Origin: Saprospiraceae bacterium
Lineage (GTDB): Bacteria > Bacteroidota > Bacteroidia > Chitinophagales > Saprospiraceae
Assembly (NCBI GenBank): GCA_965227445.1
Contig: OZ245751.1
Span: 4,178,499-4,242,498 of the forward strand
DNA: 64,000 nucleotides
Reading direction: 5' to 3'
The position numbers and the translations under genes are program-made. Below, piece by piece: positions 50,315 through 60,058 of the stretch. Position 1 is the first letter of the stretch. Each line of letters starts with the position of its first letter. Under the pieces are notes generated by a model, which had not been told where the DNA came from, ran no database searches, and worked only from the letters and a program-made list of their open reading frames with translations.

Positions 50315-51045
50315 ACTTGCGTCGAGCGTGGAGCGTAGGGACTGGGAGTGACTGAAGTGAACGAAGCGACCGGAGGGATTCGCCTGAGCCTGGCTGCCTC
50401 GTTTTGCTTACGGCGATTGGATCATTGCTCTTGATTGCATGGAGCGTAGTGCGTCGGGCGTCGAGCGTCGAGCGTGGAGCGTGGAGCGTCGAGCGTACCA
50501 CGGAAGCACCGCCCGTACGGGCTGCGCTCACCGCGTGAAAAAGGTAGATTTAGAGTTTAGACTCAAGATTAAAGATTGAAGACTGACTTCGAAATCGGAC
50601 GGTTAATGACTTCACTCCCACCGCTGAAGCGGATGGGCTTAAACTGCCAACCGCCAACTGAGAACTAGAGACTGCCTACTGAGAACTGCCTACTGAGAAC
50701 TGCCTACTGAGAACTGCCTACTGAAGACTGAATTCGAAATCGGACGGTTAATGACTTCACTCCCACCGCTGAAGCGGATGGGCTTAAACTGCCAACCGCC
50801 AACTGAGAACTAGAGACTGCCTACTGAGAACTGCCTACTGAAGACTGAATTCGAAATCGGACGGTTAATGACTCCAATCCCACCGCTGAAGCGGATGGGC
50901 TTAAACTGCCAACCGCCAACTGAGAACTGGAGACTGCCTACTGAGAACTGCCTACTGAAGACTGAATTCGAAATCGGACGGTTAATGACTCCAATCCCAC
51001 CGCTGAAGCGGATGGGCTTAAACTGCCCACTGACAAATCGTGCCT
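50220..51045. repeat. composite mosaic repeat (right copy): heptamer-word region (GAGCGTN)n, the 85-bp core, then four units of 145/117/117/about 80 bp
   Basis: Same orientation and near-identical to the left copy at 44645-45310. GAGCGTC GAGCGTG GAGCGTG GAGCGTC heptamers at 50459-50495. Confidence 0.75.
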
Positions 51046-51061
51046 GATCTCTGACCTCCAC

Positions 51062-52015
51062 TCACTCTGTCCATAGGTCCGACAATTCATAGGGCGACCC
51101 TTCCATGGCCCAGAGGCTACCGTCGATGTAGCGGAAATCCTTTCCAATGTGTTTTATGGCTTCCATGTCGCCTTCAGTGAGATTCACCTCGGCCGAAGCC
51201 AGGTTTTGCTCAATACGTCCGGGGTTAGTCGATTTCGGAATGACAGCGGTGCCCCTGTGCACAGCCCAACTGATCAGTACCTGGGCTGGAGTGCAATCAT
51301 ACTGCCTGGCAATGTCTTTGATGGTCGGGTCATCGAACAGGACGGGTTCATTTTCACGCTTCATGCGGCTCGCTCGGTCGCCGGAGCCCAGCGGCGAGTA
51401 TGCCGTCAAATGAATATCGTGGTCGTGGCAATAGTCAACTAATTTTTGTTGGGCCAGGTAAGGATGCATTTCCACCTGATTCATGGCGGGCCGGACCCGG
51501 GCATTTCGCATTACTTCGTCGAGCTTTTCGATATTGAAATTGGATACACCAATGTGGCGGGCGAGGCCTTCGGCGTGCATATCCTCCAGGCCAGACCAGG
51601 TTTCCGACAGCGGCACTTCGCTCAGGGAAAGAAAATCATCCGGCCCGTCCGGAAAGACTACGTCGGGCTTCATGGCCACCGGCCAGTGCACCAGGTATAG
51701 ATCGAGGTAATCCAATTGCAGGTCGGATAGGGTCTTTTTCAAGGCGGGCTTGATATCATCCCGTTTGTGGGCATTATTCCACAACTTAGACGTCACCCAA
51801 AGATCTTCACGCTTTACCAACCCGTCGTCCATTGCTTTACGCAGGGCTTTACCTACCTCTTTTTCGTTCATGTAGATGGCGGCACAATCGATGTGTCGGT
51901 ACCCCGATTTGATGGCGTGCAATACGGCATCGAATACTTCTCCGGGTGCAGATTTCCAGGTTCCAAGGCCGATGGCCGGCATAGTATCTCCATTGGCAAA
52001 GGTGAGGCTTTTCAT
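51062..52015 (-). CDS. aldo/keto reductase
   Basis: AIGLGTWKS, GYRHIDCAAIY and LVHWP AKR motifs; 317 aa. Confidence 0.85.
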   Translation of the reverse strand: MKSLTFANGDTMPAIGLGTWKSAPGEVFDAVLHAIKSGYRHIDCAAIYMNEKEVGKALRKAMDDGLVKREDLWVTSKLWNNAHKRDDIKPALKKTLSDLQLDYLDLYLVHWPVAMKPDVVFPDGPDDFLSLSEVPLSETWSGLEDMHAEGLARHIGVSNFNIEKLDEVMRNARVRPAMNQVEMHPYLAQQKLVDYCHDHDIHLTAYSPLGSGDRASRMKRENEPVLFDDPTIKDIARQYDCTPAQVLISWAVHRGTAVIPKSTNPGRIEQNLASAEVNLTEGDMEAIKHIGKDFRYIDGSLWAMEGSPYELSDLWTE

Positions 52016-52422
52016 ATTGGATATCAGGTTTGGTTGTTTGAATGAGATATACCCTTACAACAACTGCTCTGAACTGATGTTTCACCCGGCCCGGTCATTT
52101 CCGAAATGATCTACTCCGGTCCGGAATCAACCATCGTGATATCCCCTGGATATTTTGCGGGAAGCATGCTTCACCGCATGATAACTAATCAATAGCCACA
52201 TTTCAGAATAAAAAACTGAAACGCCCCGACCAAACCATAAATAATAAAAAGATCCCCCTGTAAAAGACACGTTAACAAACTATTATTTCAGACACCTCCA
52301 TTTGGAAATGTCGTAAAACGAACTACCTTTGCCGCCTTTTATTCCGCTCAATAAAGGGACGTTCCAGGCTTTTTAACAGCGGTCCATTCATGATGCAACA
52401 TCCAATACAAAGAATTGGCCCC

Positions 52423-53952
52423 ATGAAAAAATACTTCAACCTCTTCGACCTATCGCAAAAGGTAGACTACCGCACGGAAATCCTTTCCGGCCTGACCGTA
52501 GCCATGGCACTCATCCCCGAGGCCGTAGCCTTCGCTCTGATCGCTGGACTATCGCCCCTCACGGGCTTGTACGCGGCTTTTATGATGGGTCTGATCACTT
52601 CCATTTTCGGCGGACGTCCGGGTATGATTTCCGGTGCTACCGGTGCGATAGCGGTGGTCCTGGCCCCCCTGGCTCTGACCTACGGTGTAGAATACGTCTT
52701 TGCGGCCGTGGTCCTGGCTGGTTTGTTCCAGGTAATTGCAGGTGTATTGCGACTTGGTAAACTCATGCGCCTGGTACCACATCCGGTAATATTTGGATTT
52801 GTCAACGGTCTGGCCATTATCATCTTCATGTCGCAAATGGATCAGTTCAAAACGGAATCGGGCCAGTGGCTGCAGGGAACATCCCTGTACTTGATGTTGG
52901 GACTGGTGTTACTCACCATGCTGATCATCTGGGGATTGCCAAAACTAACTCGCGTGGTTCCTTCTTCCCTGGTCGCCATCCTGGTAGTCTTCGGCGTAGT
53001 GACGGCTATGCAATGGGATGTGCGTACAGTAGGGGACCTGGCTTCTATCAAGGGTGGCTTTCCACCTTTTCACTTACCGCTTGTACCCTTTACGCTGGAA
53101 ACGCTGCGAATCATTGCGCCATTTTCCGCCATTGTAGCGGGTGTCGGACTTATTGAAAGTCTGCTAACCCTCAACATCATCGACGAGATAACCCAAACGC
53201 GGGGTCGCGGCAATAAAGAAGCCGTAGCTCAGGGGATGGCCAACGTACTGTCCGGTATTTTTTCGGGTATGGGTGGTTGCGCTATGATCGGACAAAGCCT
53301 GATCAATATTTCCGCCGGAGCCCGTGCCCGGTTGTCCGGTATCGTAGCAGCCGTTATGTTGCTGGTATTCATCATGTTTGGCGCCAACCTGGTGGAACAA
53401 TTACCCATGGCAGCCCTGACCGGTTTGATGATCATGGTGGCCATCGGTACCTTCGAATGGGCCAGCCTCAAGACGATCAATAAGATGCCCCCTTCCGATA
53501 TCTTCGTAATGGTGGTAGTAACGGGCATCACTGCCGTACTGCACAACCTGGCGTTGGCGGTATTGATCGGTGTGATAATCGCTGCGCTCGTATTCGCGTG
53601 GGATAACGCCAAACGCATCCGTGCCAGAAAGCATACCGATGAGGATGGTGTGAAGCACTACGAAATATACGGCCCCCTGTTCTTCGGATCCGTGAGCGTC
53701 TTCAACGACAAATTCGATGTGCAAAATGACCCCGAAGAGGTCATCATCGATTTTCGCGAAAGCCGGGTAGTCGACATGTCGGCCATTGAAGCGTTGAATA
53801 AGATCACCGAGCGCTACCAAAAAGCGGGCAAGAAGGTTCACCTGCAGCACCTGAGCCCCGATTGCCGTAAGCTCCTGAAAAACGCGGATAAGATCATCGA
53901 TGTTAATGTCCTGGAAGACCCCAACTACAAATTGGTGGTCGACAAGATCTAG
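52423..53952 (+). CDS. SulP-family anion transporter with C-terminal STAS domain
   Basis: Start at the internal ATG (MKKYFNLFDLS...). Multi-TM core and a STAS-like C-terminal 120 aa. Confidence 0.8.
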   Translation: MKKYFNLFDLSQKVDYRTEILSGLTVAMALIPEAVAFALIAGLSPLTGLYAAFMMGLITSIFGGRPGMISGATGAIAVVLAPLALTYGVEYVFAAVVLAGLFQVIAGVLRLGKLMRLVPHPVIFGFVNGLAIIIFMSQMDQFKTESGQWLQGTSLYLMLGLVLLTMLIIWGLPKLTRVVPSSLVAILVVFGVVTAMQWDVRTVGDLASIKGGFPPFHLPLVPFTLETLRIIAPFSAIVAGVGLIESLLTLNIIDEITQTRGRGNKEAVAQGMANVLSGIFSGMGGCAMIGQSLINISAGARARLSGIVAAVMLLVFIMFGANLVEQLPMAALTGLMIMVAIGTFEWASLKTINKMPPSDIFVMVVVTGITAVLHNLALAVLIGVIIAALVFAWDNAKRIRARKHTDEDGVKHYEIYGPLFFGSVSVFNDKFDVQNDPEEVIIDFRESRVVDMSAIEALNKITERYQKAGKKVHLQHLSPDCRKLLKNADKIIDVNVLEDPNYKLVVDKI

Positions 53953-56654
53953 CCGGTGTTTTTCAGGCCTCCGGAGATGGCGTTGACCAGTAGCAGGAGC
54001 TTTTTAAGCAGCACATCCGCCTGTTTATCCGCTCCTTTTTGATTAGCATTTCGCCAATCGACGAGGTATTTCCGCTGCTGTGCGTTCAGGTGCTTAAGTA
54101 CATCCCCGCGCAACCGGATATTTTCGAGTTGTGATATCCGGCGGTCATCGGTAGGCCCACCCAACAGGTCGGAGATGCTGTTCAGTGCCAATTCCCGGTC
54201 ATTCCTGATCAGGTTTAGCATTTCGGTACTAAGGTCCCTATCGTCGACCAGACCGGCGTAAGCCGCCATTACGTCAGGATCAGCCAACAAGAGATTCGTT
54301 TCGACCTGGATCAACAGGTACTTCCAGAATGCCCAGGATTTGGCGGCCTCCTGCAGCCGCTCTTTTTCGTCGGTATGCTTTCGCAAAAAGGCATCCAGGG
54401 CGCTGCCGATCCCAAACCAACCCGTGAGGTGGAAACGGGCCTGACTCCAGCTGAACACCCAGGGTATGGCTCGCAGATCATTGAGGGTACGCTGCCCCGT
54501 GCGGCGTGCCGGGCGGGAACCAATCTTACTTTGCTCCAGCACATCGATGGGTGTAGCCTGACTATAAAAAGGAATAAAGCCGGGGTGATCGATCAATGTG
54601 CGGTATTTCTTCAAGGAATCATCTGCCAGTTTTTGAATGATTTCCTGAGGGTGATCAGGAGGTTGCGCTTGTTCCAGGCGGCTCCGCAGCGTTTGACGAG
54701 CTACACCGGCTACCAGCATTTCCAGATTGTAGGTGGCGTTCAACAGGTTGGCGTATTGCTGCGCAATGGTTTCTCCCTGGACGGTAAGTTTCATATGCCC
54801 GGTCACCGATCCGGTAGGTTTACTGTCGAGGAAGCGGTGAACCTTGCCTCCACCACGACTGATCGTTCCGCCTATACCGTGAAAAAAGCAGAGGTTTACC
54901 CCGTGTTTACGCCCCACTTCTGACAAGCGCTGTTCCGCTTTAAAAATATTCCAGCGACTCGCCAGGATACCACCATCTTTATTACTATCGCTATACCCCA
55001 GCATCACTTCCTGTACGGGGTGGTCCATTCCCTGACGGCGAGCTACCGTTACCGGATGGGCCAGGAAGGCATCTAAAATGTCGGGCCCATGCTCCAGGTC
55101 GTCCACCGTTTCAAAGAGGGGAACTACCGGCAGATCGGATTTTAGCAACCCGACTTCCCGCAGGAAAAGATATACCAAAAGCAGGTCACTCAAACTCCTG
55201 GTCATACTCACAATCATGGATCCTATGCCCGATGTGCCGTGTTTTTTGACGAAACGAGCCAGCTCCCGATAGTATCCCAGCAGAGCGTCAGCCTCGGGGC
55301 CACAGTTTATATCAGGCACCACAAATGGACGATTCCGCTCTAACTCTTCATTTAAGAATGCCAGGCGCTCTTCTTCTGTCCATTTGCCGTAATCAGAACC
55401 AAAGGCCCCCGATGCGATAAGCATTTGGGTGATGGCTTTCTCGTGATAAGCACTATTCTGTCGAACATCTAATTTAGCCAGATGGAAACCAAAGCTACGT
55501 ACCATGCGCTCAATGGGAAACAAATACTCCCACCAAACCCTCCGGGCACCTACCCGTTGCAGGGAATCCCTTAGAATATTCAGGTCCTCCGTGATCTCAT
55601 TGGCGTCTTCATAACCAAGGTGCTTACCCTGGTCAGCCCGATCCAGGCGCAGCAGGATTAAGTTCGTGAATTGGCGCCACGGCTCCTGAGGGTTGCGCCC
55701 GACAGCTTCTTCACCATCTTCTCCCATAGCGCTGGCGTAGGTAACTATTCGCTGCAGCATTTCGGGATCCTCCGGGTTACGGTAATCCGAAAAACTGATC
55801 TGAGCGGCAAAACGCTTCAATTGCTGTTTGAGCAGATGTATGGCTGCTTCCCGGTGGAGATATAGCGTCTCCCGGGTTATTTCGGGCGTTACAAACGGGT
55901 GACCATCACGATCACCCCCGACCCAACTGCCAAAGCAAAGTAAAGGATAGGCATCGGGATCCTCGAGGTAAGACGGGTCATAGCCTACCCATTCCCAGGC
56001 ATCCTGTAATCGCCGGTCCACCAAGTTCAGTGCGCGCGGAAAAACCTCCGTGAAGTAGTGCAGTACGTTCTTGCGTTCGGAGGCCAGGTCGGGCTTCTTC
56101 AGGTATATTTCACCGGTTCGCCACCATCGCTCCAGGAGTGCCTTGGTCTCCGTACGTATTCCGCGGCGTTCTGATCGCGACCATACCTGATTTTCCCGTT
56201 TTACCAGCAGTAAATACAACTCCCGGTGAAGGCCGAGTACCGTAACGCGCTTGGCCTCGGTAGGGTGAGCCGTCAGGGTAGGTTGCACCCGCATGCGCTT
56301 GAGTGACCTGATGGCCTCCTCCTCGGTAATTCCCGCTTCTTTCCAGGTCTGCAGGGTTTCGGCCCAGGACCCGCGGATCTTTTCCGGACCAACTTCCGTT
56401 TCCAGTTTACGTCGAAACTGAGCCGCGGCATTTTCTTCCACCATATTCAAAAGCTGGAAAGAGACACTAAGTGCCTGGATGGCTTTTTCCTCAGATACAT
56501 CGTCGGGGAAACGGGGAGTCTCATTTATCCAGGGCAGCACCTGGGTAAGGGCTTTCTCCCCCAGTTCTTCCAGTACCTCCCGGAAGCATTGCATGACCCA
56601 TTGCAGGTCCTGGCGTATTTTTTCGAGACCCTGCTTTTCAAGGATTTCTTTCAT
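53949..56654 (-). CDS. ppc: phosphoenolpyruvate carboxylase
   Basis: VMLGYSDSNKDGG and FHGRGGTISRGG-like (FHGIGGTISRGGG) PEPC signatures. Start trimmed to the internal ATG at 56654 (901 aa). Confidence 0.9.
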   Translation of the reverse strand: MKEILEKQGLEKIRQDLQWVMQCFREVLEELGEKALTQVLPWINETPRFPDDVSEEKAIQALSVSFQLLNMVEENAAAQFRRKLETEVGPEKIRGSWAETLQTWKEAGITEEEAIRSLKRMRVQPTLTAHPTEAKRVTVLGLHRELYLLLVKRENQVWSRSERRGIRTETKALLERWWRTGEIYLKKPDLASERKNVLHYFTEVFPRALNLVDRRLQDAWEWVGYDPSYLEDPDAYPLLCFGSWVGGDRDGHPFVTPEITRETLYLHREAAIHLLKQQLKRFAAQISFSDYRNPEDPEMLQRIVTYASAMGEDGEEAVGRNPQEPWRQFTNLILLRLDRADQGKHLGYEDANEITEDLNILRDSLQRVGARRVWWEYLFPIERMVRSFGFHLAKLDVRQNSAYHEKAITQMLIASGAFGSDYGKWTEEERLAFLNEELERNRPFVVPDINCGPEADALLGYYRELARFVKKHGTSGIGSMIVSMTRSLSDLLLVYLFLREVGLLKSDLPVVPLFETVDDLEHGPDILDAFLAHPVTVARRQGMDHPVQEVMLGYSDSNKDGGILASRWNIFKAEQRLSEVGRKHGVNLCFFHGIGGTISRGGGKVHRFLDSKPTGSVTGHMKLTVQGETIAQQYANLLNATYNLEMLVAGVARQTLRSRLEQAQPPDHPQEIIQKLADDSLKKYRTLIDHPGFIPFYSQATPIDVLEQSKIGSRPARRTGQRTLNDLRAIPWVFSWSQARFHLTGWFGIGSALDAFLRKHTDEKERLQEAAKSWAFWKYLLIQVETNLLLADPDVMAAYAGLVDDRDLSTEMLNLIRNDRELALNSISDLLGGPTDDRRISQLENIRLRGDVLKHLNAQQRKYLVDWRNANQKGADKQADVLLKKLLLLVNAISGGLKNTG

Positions 56655-56695
56655 AGGTGTGTTATTCCTTTTGGGTGTTTTGGAATGATTGGATA

Positions 56696-57199
56696 TTATT
56701 GGATTCGGGCTACGAATGCTTTGAGTTTTTCCGGTTCTTCGGTTTCCTGATAGGTATGTACATTGGCCAGGTAGTGCATCCCCAGGTAATCGGCTATTTC
56801 CCGAAAGGGAATCCAAAAATCGTCCCCCAAATTCCCGCCGTTCGAACAGCTCAGGACTGCCATACTTTTGCCCCGCAGCGTCCGTCCGAGGTCTTTTTCG
56901 ATGGTCAGCAGATCCGTAAACCGGTCAAAAAAGATTTTTAAGGTACCCGACATAGCGTACCAATATACCGGAGTCGCAAAAACAAACACCTCGTAATTCG
57001 TGGTCAAATGCCTCATCAGTGGCAGGAAATCATCGTTGCGGTTACGGTGGTGGTAGTCGTAAGCGGAGATCTGGTACTCATTGAGGTCTACGTGATCCCA
57101 TTCAGTGATTTCAGTGATGAACCTGACCTTCCGGTTGGTATCCCCGTCGCTACGTGCGCTCCCCTGAATTATGACCACCTTATTGCCTGACTTGTTCAT
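56696..57199 (-). CDS. flavodoxin-like fold NAD(P)H-dependent FMN reductase family protein
   Basis: VVIIQGSARSDGDT N-terminal flavodoxin-like motif and ATPVYWYAMSG. Confidence 0.55.
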   Translation of the reverse strand: MNKSGNKVVIIQGSARSDGDTNRKVRFITEITEWDHVDLNEYQISAYDYHHRNRNDDFLPLMRHLTTNYEVFVFATPVYWYAMSGTLKIFFDRFTDLLTIEKDLGRTLRGKSMAVLSCSNGGNLGDDFWIPFREIADYLGMHYLANVHTYQETEEPEKLKAFVARIQ

Positions 57200-57504
57200 A
57201 CATGGAGTTGCCGTACCCAGCGATCTGCCTTTTTAGTCACGGATTTACGCTCGTCGGATTGCAATACTTCAATCTTTGGCAGGAGCCATTGACGAAGGGA
57301 CTCGTCCTTGGCCGCACGCCTCCCTAAGAAATCCATGGTGGTATTCAGAACGACCCAATCCAACCAGGTTTCCAGGTTGTGTGCAAAAAAGATACATAGA
57401 TTCCAGGATAACCCAACTCCCGATCCGCTTAATAATTGAAGTGGTTTTACCGATAAACCTCAAGAATAGCACTCACAGTAATGAGAAGGTTGAAGGATCA
57501 ATGA

Positions 57505-57930
57505 TGAATGCTCAATATGAGTTTGCTTTTTGGGCTTTCGCCAGGCTTCAGTGGGCAGTAGGCAGTTTAAGCCCATCCGATTCAGCGGTGGGAGTGGAGT
57601 CAGTAACCGTCCGATCTCGAAGTCAGTCTCCAGTTCTCAGTTGGCAGTAGGCAGTTTATCTCCGATTTATTGCCATCAGTCGCTAACGCTCGTGTCCGGT
57701 TTCAAAATGCCTGCTCAACTCCGCTACGGTGAGCATTGCAGGTTGAGTTGAAAACCGTGAACCGTGCCCGCCTACCGAAGCTTTGCGTAGGCAGGGACCG
57801 TGAACCACTAAAGTGGTATGATGCTGGGGGATTCCGCTTTAACACCACAGCTGAAGCTGGGGCCTGATAATTATCCTGCCACGTGGTGCCTGAACCGTGG
57901 ACCGTGGACCGTGAGCCGTGAACCTCAAAC
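57505..57930. repeat. inverted, diverged copy of the mosaic repeat unit plus (GAACCGT)-type heptamer runs
   Basis: 57552-57672 is the reverse complement of the AAGCCCATCCGCTTCAGCGGTGGGAGTGAAGTCATTAACCGTCCGATTTCGA unit with about 10% divergence. ACCGTGAACCGTG and CCGTGGACCGTGGACCGTGAGCCGTGAACC recall 39462-39550. Confidence 0.6.
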
Positions 57931-58680
57931 GTTCGAATCCATCCAGATCTGCCATTGGCCTTCGGCATTGCGGCGCCAGATCAGGACGTACTTCCCTCCG
58001 TAGCTACCGGAGCACTGCCCGATCTCCAGAACCAGGTCCTTGCGCACCGGCTGAACCACCAGGGGGCTGAGGTGTAACGAATACTCTTCGTTATTCATGT
58101 AGCTGTACGTCGACGTGATCTGCTCACGCCCGACGATCATTGGCCGGTGATTGTAGTAGAGGGCTTCGGGTTCGTATAGTTGCTCTACCAGTGCGGCAGC
58201 ATCGTGCTCATTACACAATTCGATCCACTTGTCACGGGCCTGGTCAAGAGAAGCAAGGTCGGTACGACCGGGCGCCAAAGGCGCTACAAAATCCAATTCC
58301 CGCAGGTATTGCCCGTTTACCTCACGCCAGATCACCAATTGGATGTAATCGGGACCACTGGCGGGTTTTAACCGGCTGATATCGTAGCGAACATCGGTAT
58401 TGGGATTAGCAAGCTCGCAAAAGATGGGCTCTATGGAATTGACGGTCTGTTGCCGACTCAGCAGGGGCGCCAGGTACTTTTGCCGCTCTCCGGCAGTAGT
58501 AATCTGTCGTCCTTCTCCCGTAAGGGTGATGGCATGCCCGGTGTAATGCTTTTGAATGTATTGCGGCTGCTCGTTGAGCAGGCGTTGCCAGATGTGGTTC
58601 GCTGCTTCACATTCAGTGGGCAGATTAGTCGCTGGCGGGACAGACATCCCTACCAGGAGGTATAGAATAACGGTGAGCAT
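57925..58680 (-). CDS. NTF2-like fold protein, two tandem DUF4440/SnoaL-like domains
   Basis: Signal peptide; two repeats ending ...LVIWREVNGQY and ...YVLIWRRNAEGQWQIWMD. Confidence 0.4.
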   Translation of the reverse strand: MLTVILYLLVGMSVPPATNLPTECEAANHIWQRLLNEQPQYIQKHYTGHAITLTGEGRQITTAGERQKYLAPLLSRQQTVNSIEPIFCELANPNTDVRYDISRLKPASGPDYIQLVIWREVNGQYLRELDFVAPLAPGRTDLASLDQARDKWIELCNEHDAAALVEQLYEPEALYYNHRPMIVGREQITSTYSYMNNEEYSLHLSPLVVQPVRKDLVLEIGQCSGSYGGKYVLIWRRNAEGQWQIWMDSNV

Positions 58681-58689
58681 AGTTAATTA

Positions 58690-58734
58690 GGTTTGAGGTT
58701 TGAGGTTTGAGGTTTGAGGTTTGAGGATTTGAGG
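58690..58734. repeat. tandem heptamer (GTTTGAG)x5 plus a degenerate sixth unit
   Basis: Read directly; abuts the start codon region of the 57925-58680 gene. Confidence 0.85.
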
Positions 58735-58914
58735 CGGTCAGGGGAGGTTGCGGCCTGTAAAAGACCTGGGGCTATCCATATATACCGACAACGAAGTGGT
58801 TTGGGACTCCAAACCACTTCGAGTCGAGTATATACTCGCGTGAAAAGGTTTGGCAAAGCCCAAACCTTTTCGGAAGCGGTATAGATGCAATAAATAACGC
58901 TTTCGGTGGGTCCA

Positions 58915-59307
58915 TTATGCGACGGATGGTGGCTCGATCAGGTCCCAAAGGTTTCCGTAGGCATCCCGAAAAACCAGCACCTTCCCGTACTCCTCCACGG
59001 TGGGTTCGCGAACGATGGTGATGCCCTGTCGCAGCAATCGCTGGTGATCGCGGTCGAGGTCGTCCGTATGAACGAACAGGAATACTCGTCCCCCGGTTTG
59101 GTTCCCGATGCGGCTGGCTTGTTCTTCGTTTTTGGCTTTCGCCAAAAGAAGACGACAGCTACCCTTTCCGCCCGGGTCCACAACTACCCAACGCTTTTCG
59201 GATGACAAGGGTGTATCCTCAATGAGGGTGAACCCCAAATCACGGGTGTAGTGCGCAATGGCTCGATCGTAGTCATCAATGACGAGGGCAATTTGAAAAA
59301 GGCGCAT
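58915..59307 (-). CDS. VOC-family (glyoxalase/bleomycin-resistance fold) protein
   Basis: 130 aa with a beta-alpha-beta-beta-beta module pattern; ...DAYGNLWDLIEP C-terminus. Confidence 0.7.
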   Translation of the reverse strand: MRLFQIALVIDDYDRAIAHYTRDLGFTLIEDTPLSSEKRWVVVDPGGKGSCRLLLAKAKNEEQASRIGNQTGGRVFLFVHTDDLDRDHQRLLRQGITIVREPTVEEYGKVLVFRDAYGNLWDLIEPPSVA

Positions 59308-59317
59308 AGATGAGTGT

Positions 59318-60022
59318 CTAGGTAGTTTTTGACTGTAACAGGCTTAGTTCTTTGGCGGTAAGCTCACGCCACTGCCCGGGTTGGAGTTTCCCCAGATTAA
59401 TATGCATGATACGCACTCTTTTCAACGTACGCACCTCGTACCCCAGGTATTCACACATACGGCGAATCTGCCGATTCAGCCCCTGGGTGAGTACGATGCG
59501 AAAAGTAGCTTTACCCAGTTGCTCTACCTCACATTTTTTGGTAACGGTTCCGAGGATAGGTATGCCCTTTTGCATGCGATCCGCAAACCGTTGGTTGAAG
59601 GGCTTATCAACGGTGACTATGTATTCCTTTTCGTGTTCATTTTCCTCGCGCAGGACCTCATTGACAATATCCCCATCATTGGTGAGGAGGATGAGGCCCG
59701 ATGAAGCCTTATCAAGCCGTCCGATGGGGAAAATGCGCTGCGGATGGCCGACAAAATCAATGATATTGTCGCGGTCGCGCCGGTCGGTGGTGGAGGTGAT
59801 GCCCGGAGGCTTGTGCAGGGCGATGTAGACCGGCTTTGGTTTTTCGCCGACTACCTGCCCGTCGAGGGTCACCTCATCGCCCGGCATTACCCGGTTGCCC
59901 TTGCGAGCAACCGCTCCGTTAAGGTGCACCCGACCGGCTTCGATCATGCGATCGGCCTCCCTTCGGGAGCAAATACCAGTACTGCTGATGTATTTATTGA
60001 GGCTGATGGAATCGTCGGACAT
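59318..60022 (-). CDS. RsuA/RluF-family pseudouridine synthase with N-terminal S4 domain
   Basis: S4 domain ISLNKYISSTGICSRREADRMIEAGRV; catalytic Asp motif VGRLDKASSGLILLTNDG. Confidence 0.8.
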   Translation of the reverse strand: MSDDSISLNKYISSTGICSRREADRMIEAGRVHLNGAVARKGNRVMPGDEVTLDGQVVGEKPKPVYIALHKPPGITSTTDRRDRDNIIDFVGHPQRIFPIGRLDKASSGLILLTNDGDIVNEVLREENEHEKEYIVTVDKPFNQRFADRMQKGIPILGTVTKKCEVEQLGKATFRIVLTQGLNRQIRRMCEYLGYEVRTLKRVRIMHINLGKLQPGQWRELTAKELSLLQSKTT

Positions 60023-60058
60023 AGGGGATGTTTGACTGCAGGTGAAAGATAATAAAAT

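Noticed and set aside
50810-51147. Short ORFs (83 and 69 aa) and ORFs at 57276-57751 inside repeat blocks
   Set aside because: They lie entirely within the mosaic repeats. Similar peptides (…FKPIRFSGG…NRPISNSVFSRQF…) recur only because the DNA repeat recurs, and there is no independent coding evidence.
14345-58734. Interpretation of the heptamer repeats as cyanobacterial STRR elements, implying a cyanobacterial origin
   Set aside because: Gene content (T9SS sorting domain, Bacteroidota-type lipoproteins, cyd/mla organisation) argues for Bacteroidota. The shared feature is only the period of 7.
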